From: an uncultured Verrucomicrobiae bacterium
Lineage (GTDB): Bacteria > Verrucomicrobiota > Verrucomicrobiia > Limisphaerales > UBA11358
Reading direction: 5' to 3'
NCBI GenBank assembly: GCA_963835625.1
Contig: CAWIGO010000001.1
Location: forward strand, 1 to 32,000
DNA: 32,000 nucleotides
The notes below the pieces were generated by a model that was not told where the DNA came from, ran no database searches, and saw only the letters and a program-made list of their open reading frames with translations. The translations under genes and the position numbers were made by a program. Below are positions 18,901-25,278 of this stretch, in pieces; the stretch's first letter is position 1, and every line of letters starts with the position of its first letter.

Positions 18901-18985
18901 GGATGGATTTCTCGCGCCGCGCGTGCGCAGAGATGCGCTTGATGGGCAGGTCAACTTCGATGAGGCGTTTGGGGTAAGCAGGCAT
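15932..18985 (-). CDS. DUF1156-family DNA methyltransferase (1017 aa) with an internal Zn-ribbon
   Basis: The N-terminal DUF1156 signature is '[43 protein letters not shown]'. Motif I is '[15 protein letters not shown]', a Cys pair 'CPCCGY' is present, and motif IV is '[23 protein letters not shown]'. The ATG abuts the GGCT stop (TAAATG). Confidence 0.85.
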   Translation of the reverse strand: [1017 protein letters not shown]

Positions 18986-19438
18986 TTACGCGATTTCAAT
19001 TTTTTCAAGTTCGGCGATGTAATCAGCCGGAAGTTTCCAAGCCTTCGCTCCATTGACCAGCATTGCTTTGTATTCAGCACTTGGCTTGGGGTTTGGGTCT
19101 TCTTTTTTTACAACGACGAATGTCAACGCCTTAATGCACTTGGCCTCGTCGCCTTCAGGACACACCTCCACCGAAATTGGTTTGTAGGCACGCACGGCGA
19201 CGCCCTCGGCCTTGTCCAACGCAGCGCGATCCTCCTCCTTGATTTGATAAACGACGCCCCAAACCGCGCCGTGCGATTCCGGGATGATGTCCGCCGCGCC
19301 GCATCGGTTGTTTGTCGAAAAGCGGGTGAAGGCGAGCCGGAAGCCTAGAAGCCGGGCGATGGACATGAATTGAGCGGACGGACAGCGTTTCCGCATCCGC
19401 GTTTCGTCCATGTTTGAACCGTAGGCGAAGTAGATCAT
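18986..19438 (-). CDS. Gamma-glutamylcyclotransferase / AIG2-like family protein (150 aa)
   Basis: The N-terminal 'IYFAYGSNMDETRMRKRCP' is the YGSL/YGSNM signature of GGCT/AIG2-like folds. 'GVVYQIKEED...LDKAEG' fits the family's catalytic-Glu region. Confidence 0.75.
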   Translation of the reverse strand: MIYFAYGSNMDETRMRKRCPSAQFMSIARLLGFRLAFTRFSTNNRCGAADIIPESHGAVWGVVYQIKEEDRAALDKAEGVAVRAYKPISVEVCPEGDEAKCIKALTFVVVKKEDPNPKPSAEYKAMLVNGAKAWKLPADYIAELEKIEIA

Positions 19439-19488
19439 ACGTTGTCTCGGATTACGTCGGTCTATTCTCCGGCATAGCGTTTAACCCG

Positions 19489-19531
19489 AATCGGTAGATT
19501 GGCCGAAAAAATCGGTAGATTATCGGTAGAT
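19489..19531. promoter_or_regulatory. Three direct copies of ATCGGTAGATT (iteron/operator-like) in the only intergenic gap of the eight-gene array
   Basis: There are exact 11-mers at 19489-19499, 19510-19520 and 19521-19531, giving start-to-start spacings of 21 and 11 bp. The last copy overlaps the stop codon of the DUF4062-wHTH gene. The block lies upstream of the GGCT gene on the minus strand. Confidence 0.5.
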
Positions 19532-21066
19532 TATTCACGGCTTTGTTTAAGGACATAACGGGCGTTTCTGCCACGGCCTTGTGACTTGATAAGGCCGATT
19601 TGCACCAAGGCAATCAAGTCGCGGCGAATAGTGTCATAAACCACATCCAGATTTTTGCGGCACCAGCCGCTGGTCACGAATCCCGTCTTCTGCACCTCAA
19701 CCATGATTTTCTTCTGGCGCTCGTTGAGTTGGGATTCAATGGCCGGTGTAATGAGGCCGGTTGCTCCCGCCGGAACCTTAAGCCGGTCGTAGTTGCCATC
19801 GGAACCGGGGAAGGTGACGACGAAATAGCCGTCCTGCTCGGCGTAGGTCGGAGATTCGAGGCCGTGATTGAGCATGGCGTCGCGCATTCGCGCAAAGCCG
19901 CTGCCGCGCTGTTCCATGAGCTTGAACGTGGCGAGGGTCTGGGCAATGACCGGGTTGCGCGAACAGGGCCGGTAATTGCCACGCCGCAATTTGGCGAGAG
20001 TCAACGGCGCGGGCGGGTAGCCGGGACTGGAGATCACGACCCGGTCTGTGAACACTTCAATCATGATTTTCCGGCTGGCATCCTCGTAATTACGATGTGC
20101 GACCGCATTGACGAGGGCTTCGCGCAGTGCGCGGGGCGGATATTCGTCGAGTGTGACGTTGTTGATGCCGACGACACGGGTCGGGTGAAAAGTGTGTTTA
20201 TCCACGAATTGCAGCGCCTGCTCGATAGCCACGACCAACGGCGCGTTGATGGTCAACTGGCCGCGAGGCTTGCCGGAAACTTTGGTGCCGGCGTAGGCGT
20301 CGGCGAGAATCGAGGCTTGGGGAAAATGGGCGGCTGGCGATTGGCCGAACAAAAGCAGTCCGGCCGCAGTCGCGTAGAACTCGCCTTTGGCCGTGTCACG
20401 CCAGAGCAGTCCGCGCGTGTGCATTGACGGGCAAACCGAATCCACCGAAACGCTCAATCCCGAACTTTCCACCACAAGGGAACCAAAACTGGAAACCTGA
20501 CTTGATTCCAACGAAGACCACGGAACACTTGGCAGCGGTTTTGATTCAAACGTGGAGGAGGCTTCGATTTGTTCGCGTCCGCCCGCAGATTCGTCCGCTG
20601 AAGGCTCGAATTCAAATTCGGTTTTGAGCAGGTTCAAAAGACCTCGCCGGAGTTCCGGCTTCAGGTCTTCGCGATCAATGAAGCGTTTGTAAGTGTGCTT
20701 ATGCTGCTTGATTTCATTGATGAACGCCCGCGTCGCATCCTTGCGTGCATCGTCGGCACCTTTGAGAAACACGAGGGTCGGCAGCTTGAGTTTTTGAGCG
20801 AGACGATATTCGTGATGCGTTGCTGAAACGTCCCCGTCAAGCTGGCCGTAATCGTTGAAGATGAGCAAAATGTATATCTGACAACTGCGGAGACATTCCA
20901 AGTAAGGTTTGTCGGCGGGTCGGGCGGGTGCCGGTTCCTTTTCCCACAAGACAGGGTCGCAATGCTGCATCAGAAATGGATCAGTGGTGATGAGCGACGC
21001 GATGGCGACACGCTCCGCCTCCAATTCCTTCTGCACGGAACTAACAAAGACACGCAATTTGCTCAT
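19531..21066 (-). CDS. DUF4062 N-terminal domain fused to a HATPase_c_4 ('RecG C-terminal'-like) domain and a C-terminal winged-helix (511 aa)
   Basis: 'MSKLRVFVSSVQKELEAER' is a DUF4062-type start. 'PRALREALVNAVAHRNYED' is the hallmark of the HATPase_c_4 / divergent AAA-Schlafen-like regulators. The C-terminal 'ERQKKIMVEVQKTGFVTSGWCRKNL...' is wHTH-like. An ATGA overlap joins it to the helicase stop (21063-21066). Confidence 0.7.
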   Translation of the reverse strand: MSKLRVFVSSVQKELEAERVAIASLITTDPFLMQHCDPVLWEKEPAPARPADKPYLECLRSCQIYILLIFNDYGQLDGDVSATHHEYRLAQKLKLPTLVFLKGADDARKDATRAFINEIKQHKHTYKRFIDREDLKPELRRGLLNLLKTEFEFEPSADESAGGREQIEASSTFESKPLPSVPWSSLESSQVSSFGSLVVESSGLSVSVDSVCPSMHTRGLLWRDTAKGEFYATAAGLLLFGQSPAAHFPQASILADAYAGTKVSGKPRGQLTINAPLVVAIEQALQFVDKHTFHPTRVVGINNVTLDEYPPRALREALVNAVAHRNYEDASRKIMIEVFTDRVVISSPGYPPAPLTLAKLRRGNYRPCSRNPVIAQTLATFKLMEQRGSGFARMRDAMLNHGLESPTYAEQDGYFVVTFPGSDGNYDRLKVPAGATGLITPAIESQLNERQKKIMVEVQKTGFVTSGWCRKNLDVVYDTIRRDLIALVQIGLIKSQGRGRNARYVLKQSRE

Positions 21067-24000
21067 GCCGCACCTCCAGTGCGATACGGTGTCGCATCTT
21101 CTTTCAATTCGACCGGATGTTTCACTGAATCTTGCCGCAACCGATAGTGCTCGACTTTAACAATGGGCTGCCAGTCCAACGTCGAGGGGTCGTTGAGAAT
21201 GTTCAACGACGGATTCGGCGTGCCACAATGGAAAACGACGTAGAGCCAGTAATCTTTGCGCAGGCGGCGGGCGGTGTTGTATTCGTTGGAGGTCAAGGCG
21301 ATGTCGCCGGTATGCGAGCGGCCTTTGACTTCAATGAACCGCACGTCTATGGCTGTTTTGGGGTCTTCGGGATGCAATTTGCGGGAGATGAGGTCAAAGC
21401 CGCGATTGTCTGCTTCCACGCTTTCCACGACGCGGCCCTGGGCATTCTCATGGGCGATGACGTGTTGCACGGCGATGCGTTCAATTTCCGGGTCCGTGAC
21501 CATCTCACGGATTTGCGGCGAGTTACGCTCCGGGTGCGGCAACACCCACGCCCGGCCGACGTGCTGGATTTCGCCAATCATGCACTCGGCTTCGCGGCGC
21601 AATTCCGCCGTGCGCTGCTCCAGCCGGCCATTCAGTTCGTCGAGCTTGTCCTCGACCTTCTTCATGTTGGCGGCCATCAAGGTTTCGTCACCGAACTGGC
21701 CCGACTCGTGGATTTCCGCCATGCGGAGATTTTGGCGGTGAATCAACTCGTTTAGGCTGATTTTAAGATGTTTTTCGATGGTCGCCGTCTCTTTTGACCG
21801 TTGTGCGGCGACTTCGGCCAGGAAAGGATTGAGGGCTGTGGTAACGAGGAATCGTTCGGCAGCAGTGCGGTCGGGCAACCCGTCGCCGTCGGGGACAGTC
21901 GTTTCCTTCGGCGCAAGGGCCAGATCGAGGAAGATGGTCGGCTGGCGGATGGTCATCGTGCCGCTGTGGTCGGCCTGCACAACAAAGATGCGGCGGTGAA
22001 GCTGGTTGTTTCTTCCGTCTTTGATGGACGCCGCAAACACGTCAAGCCGGTATGGATATGCCTGATGCAGATCGTAAAAAACCGAGCCGCGCAGCAAATC
22101 TTCGCGGACGTGCTCAGTCACGTCCTCGCGCACGGCCTCGAACAGCGGGTGACCGGGCGTGACCCATTCCAGCGTGGCATCCCGTTTCAGGTGCTCCTTG
22201 TCGAAGACAATGTTTTTGTATTCGCGACCTAATTTACCGAAACGAGGTTCGAGCCTTTCACCAACGGGCCAGAGCGTGCGCGGCACTTTTCCAAGTTTGT
22301 AAACGTGACCGCCTTCGCGGATTTCATTGGGATGAACGCCGACAATGGGCGCGGCTTGGATGAAAAAGTCCTCGATGACTTCCGGCACGAGGCGGCGTTC
22401 CTTGGCTTCGGCGGACTTACCGATGATAGCGGATAGATTCAGTTCGCGCTTAGCGAGTCCTTCCAACGTGGAATTGGTGATGCTCTCCAACCGCTTCGTG
22501 TCCACCTGCTCGACGATGCGCTGCTTGATGAGTTCCTCGTCCATCTGGTTGTGCGCATACATATCGCGAATCATTTTCTCCAACTGATTCGATGGGAACA
22601 CGTCGCCCAGGACATTGAATACTTTGCCGGTGCGCTTGGGGTCGAGGTCATCTTCGATGGCTTGAATGCGCTCAAACAGTTTGTGAAGCACGCGGCCTTC
22701 GCGCGTATTCGTCGAAACGAAATTGAAAATGAGACAATCCTTTTCCTGACCGTAACGGTGGATGCGGCCCATGCGCTGCTCCAGCCGCACAGGATTCCAC
22801 GGGATGTCATAATTGATCATCAACCAGCAGAATTGCAGATTGATGCCTTCGCCGGCGGCCTCGGTCGCCACGAGGACTTGGGCGGACTCGCGAAATTCGC
22901 GCTCGGCGAAAATGCGCGAGCCGGGCGTGTCGCGGTCCCCGATTTTCATACCGCCGTGAATCTGCGTTACGCTGAGTCCCCATTCGCGCAGTTTGCCGAG
23001 TGGCCGGCCGTCTTTGCCGTCGGCGCAAAGGAAGTCGAGCGTGTCCTTGTGCTCAGTGAAGATAAGCAACTTCATCTTCGGGTCGGCGAAGATGCCGTGC
23101 TGTTTGATGAGTTCGCGCAATCGGACAAGTTTTGATTCGACTTCGCGCTTTTCCAAATCCACCGCCTTTTGAATCAACTTGCCGAGTTCGGTGATTTCAT
23201 CGCGCAACGCCGCCGGGTCGTATGACGCGACCAGGTCTTCCAGTTCGGAAACGATTTCCTGCTGCTCTTCTTCCGGCAGATCTTCGTAGTCGTCGGGCAG
23301 GCGTTTATTGATTTGCGACTGACGAAACCCTTCGGGGTCGGCGAGAATGTGTTCGCGCTTGTCCTTCATGCGCTGAAGACTGCGGCGCACGGCGTAAATG
23401 CTCGATGCAAAGCGGCGTTGCAGCATCGCCATGGTGAAGGCAAGCGCACGGCCACGGGCGGAATCCTCGGACGCGGCTTTGATGGACTGGTCTTCTACGA
23501 ATCGCGTCAGGGCATCATAGAAATCGAGTTCGTCGAGATTGATCTTAAACTCGGTGGTGCGGACATGGCGTTTGGTGAACAGCGCCTTGACCATGCCGGT
23601 TTCCGGGTCGGGGAAAGAAACAAGTGCTTCTTTCACGCGGCGAAGGTAAAACGGTGCTTCCTGTTTCCGCATCGCTTCCTCCAAACTTTTCACGTCGCCA
23701 TAAACGTCACGGTCGAGTAATTCCAGAAACAGGCAGAAATTTTCCGGGTCGCCCTTGTGCGGCGTGGCGGTCATCAGCAAAAAGTGATCGGTCATCTGTG
23801 ACAGCGCCTCGCCCAATTGGTACGCGAGCGTCTTTTTGTCGCGACTGGCCGCGCTCATTTTGTGCGCCTCATCCACAATGATTAAATCCCACTGACTGCG
23901 AAGCAGGCTTTCCTTGGCGTCTTCGATGCGCGAGACCCACGAGACGGACGTGATGACCTGATTTTTATCCTGCCATGGATTCGAGCCGTAATTCGCCCGC

Positions 24001-24551
24001 AACACGTCGCTACGGATAATTTCAAAATTCTCGCGGAATTTGTCCTTCATTTCGCGCTGCCACTGAAACGAGAGATTGGCCGGCGTGATGATGAGCGTGC
24101 GTTTGACGAGGCCGCGTATCTTCAACTCTTTCAGGAGCAAACCGGCCATGATGGTTTTGCCTGCGCCGGGGTCGTCGGCCAGCAGGAAACGGATGCGCGG
24201 CAGCGCCATGAAATACTGATAAACCGCCTCAAGCTGATGCGGCAACGGGTCAACCCGCGCGATGGAGAGCGAAAAATAGGGGTCGTATTCAAATGCCAGC
24301 GCGAGCCGCATGGCTTCGATGGCGAGGCGGAATCGCAGCGGGTCGCCGTCAAAGGGTTCGGTGTCCGGCGTGGTTTCGAGTGTCGCCAACTGCTCTGGCG
24401 TGAGGACGGGTTCGTAAACGCGCGAAGTGTTCAGGCCCTTGGCGATGAGTTTCACCGCGTCGCCCATCGGAATGCAGACGATGATCTGAACCGGTTCTGG
24501 GAAAATCGGTCCGCGCAGAATTTTGTTGGGCTTCAGGTCTTCGGCTTTCAT
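21063..24551 (-). CDS. SNF2-family helicase with a C-terminal DUF3883 (restriction-endonuclease-like) domain (1162 aa)
   Basis: Motif I is 'LLADDPGAGKTIMAGLLLKEL' and motif II is 'LIIVDEAHKM'. Motif VI is 'QRMGRIHRYGQ'. The C-terminus 'DVRFIEVKGRSHTGDIALTSNEYNTARRLRKDYWLYVVF' fits DUF3883. Confidence 0.85.
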   Translation of the reverse strand: MKAEDLKPNKILRGPIFPEPVQIIVCIPMGDAVKLIAKGLNTSRVYEPVLTPEQLATLETTPDTEPFDGDPLRFRLAIEAMRLALAFEYDPYFSLSIARVDPLPHQLEAVYQYFMALPRIRFLLADDPGAGKTIMAGLLLKELKIRGLVKRTLIITPANLSFQWQREMKDKFRENFEIIRSDVLRANYGSNPWQDKNQVITSVSWVSRIEDAKESLLRSQWDLIIVDEAHKMSAASRDKKTLAYQLGEALSQMTDHFLLMTATPHKGDPENFCLFLELLDRDVYGDVKSLEEAMRKQEAPFYLRRVKEALVSFPDPETGMVKALFTKRHVRTTEFKINLDELDFYDALTRFVEDQSIKAASEDSARGRALAFTMAMLQRRFASSIYAVRRSLQRMKDKREHILADPEGFRQSQINKRLPDDYEDLPEEEQQEIVSELEDLVASYDPAALRDEITELGKLIQKAVDLEKREVESKLVRLRELIKQHGIFADPKMKLLIFTEHKDTLDFLCADGKDGRPLGKLREWGLSVTQIHGGMKIGDRDTPGSRIFAEREFRESAQVLVATEAAGEGINLQFCWLMINYDIPWNPVRLEQRMGRIHRYGQEKDCLIFNFVSTNTREGRVLHKLFERIQAIEDDLDPKRTGKVFNVLGDVFPSNQLEKMIRDMYAHNQMDEELIKQRIVEQVDTKRLESITNSTLEGLAKRELNLSAIIGKSAEAKERRLVPEVIEDFFIQAAPIVGVHPNEIREGGHVYKLGKVPRTLWPVGERLEPRFGKLGREYKNIVFDKEHLKRDATLEWVTPGHPLFEAVREDVTEHVREDLLRGSVFYDLHQAYPYRLDVFAASIKDGRNNQLHRRIFVVQADHSGTMTIRQPTIFLDLALAPKETTVPDGDGLPDRTAAERFLVTTALNPFLAEVAAQRSKETATIEKHLKISLNELIHRQNLRMAEIHESGQFGDETLMAANMKKVEDKLDELNGRLEQRTAELRREAECMIGEIQHVGRAWVLPHPERNSPQIREMVTDPEIERIAVQHVIAHENAQGRVVESVEADNRGFDLISRKLHPEDPKTAIDVRFIEVKGRSHTGDIALTSNEYNTARRLRKDYWLYVVFHCGTPNPSLNILNDPSTLDWQPIVKVEHYRLRQDSVKHPVELKEDATPYRTGGAA

Positions 24552-24623
24552 CCAGGATCTGCCTTTATGCTGTCCGTGATTCGCGCATGATGCACCCTTG
24601 GCGCGAAATCTGCACGGAGAAAT

Positions 24624-24836
24624 TTATTCGGCGAAGGCGCGATTGTCGGGCGAGCCGCCGAAGAGTTCGATTTTTCCGGTGAGGCACCTTGCCACTGTTC
24701 CGTCCGATTCCAACGGCGGCAACGCCATGCGGCGGAATCCCCGTTCGCAGTGAACCAGCACACATTCATGGGCGCGGAGATTTCGGAGTTGGTGCGGCTT
24801 GATTTTGTGTTCTTCGGTTTCGTCGTTGTAATTCAT
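24624..24836 (-). CDS. Hypothetical 70-aa ORF upstream of the helicase
   Basis: It has the same orientation as the array and ends 72 nt upstream of the helicase ATG. I have no confident motif. There is a vague resemblance to coupling-protein C-terminal tails. Confidence 0.3.
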   Translation of the reverse strand: MNYNDETEEHKIKPHQLRNLRAHECVLVHCERGFRRMALPPLESDGTVARCLTGKIELFGGSPDNRAFAE

Positions 24837-24857
24837 GCTGCTGTTTTCCAGCGGCGC

Positions 24858-24962
24858 TCAATTGTTCTTTCGCGCTCGTTCCAACTCATCTTGCAGCGCC
24901 CGTTCCTTGGCGAGTATGGAAAAAATCTCGGCGTCAGCGTCGGAGAATTGATTCTTCGCCAT
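24858..24962 (-). CDS. Possible 34-aa ORF (MAKNQFSDADAEIFSILAKERALQDELERARKNN) at the head of the array
   Basis: I translated it by hand from the minus strand. Its stop lies 21 nt before the ATG of the 70-aa ORF. The peptide is charged and helical. It falls below the ORF-track threshold. Confidence 0.2.
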   Translation of the reverse strand: MAKNQFSDADAEIFSILAKERALQDELERARKNN

Positions 24963-25020
24963 TCCGAGATACCGATAAAACAAAGTGAAGCGGCTACGTT
25001 GGTTCAAATAAGTTTTGCAA

Positions 25021-25270
25021 GGCTTCGGTCTGCGGTTTGGTGAACGGGAAAGTGGAGCGCAGGCGCAGAGACGCAGGAACGGAGCCGGAGCGGAACGACC
25101 GTCGCCGTGCCGCAGGCGGAAGCAAGCCGATCATTCGGCTAATACAGATGCCGCTCGTGACGAGCGCGCTTTTTGTGGAACGGAACCGGCGTGGTCGTGA
25201 GGGAGACAGGGCCGACCATCAGCCGGTGAAGTGAAGCAAGAAAGCGCGTTGGTCACGGCGAAAGACTGGC
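25021..25270. repeat. Copy B of the ~250-nt structured repeat family
   Basis: It aligns with 6652-6900 in direct orientation and shows compensatory substitutions in hairpins. It lies between the integrase 3' end (25279) and the first short ORF of the defence array (24962). Confidence 0.6.
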
Positions 25271-25278
25271 GTTGCCAT

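Noticed and set aside
17801-19348. 515-aa plus-strand ORF
   Set aside because: It is a shadow ORF antisense to the GC-rich DUF1156 methyltransferase and GGCT genes. Its composition is Arg/Gly/Ala-rich and it has no motifs.
19489-19531. The 11-mer direct repeats as a mini CRISPR array
   Set aside because: The repeats are only 11 bp, two of them are directly tandem, and there are no spacers of regular size and no cas genes.
19600-20427. 275-aa plus-strand ORF
   Set aside because: It is antisense to the DUF4062-HATPase_c_4 gene, which has clear family motifs. It is a GC-rich shadow frame.
24750-25043. 97-aa plus-strand ORF
   Set aside because: It is antisense to the two short minus-strand ORFs and runs into repeat copy B. 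It has no supporting features.
6652-25270. The repeats as a DGR template/variable repeat pair
   Set aside because: No reverse transcriptase is present in the window. Mismatches are not restricted to adenines of one copy. Neither copy lies at the 3' end of a target gene.
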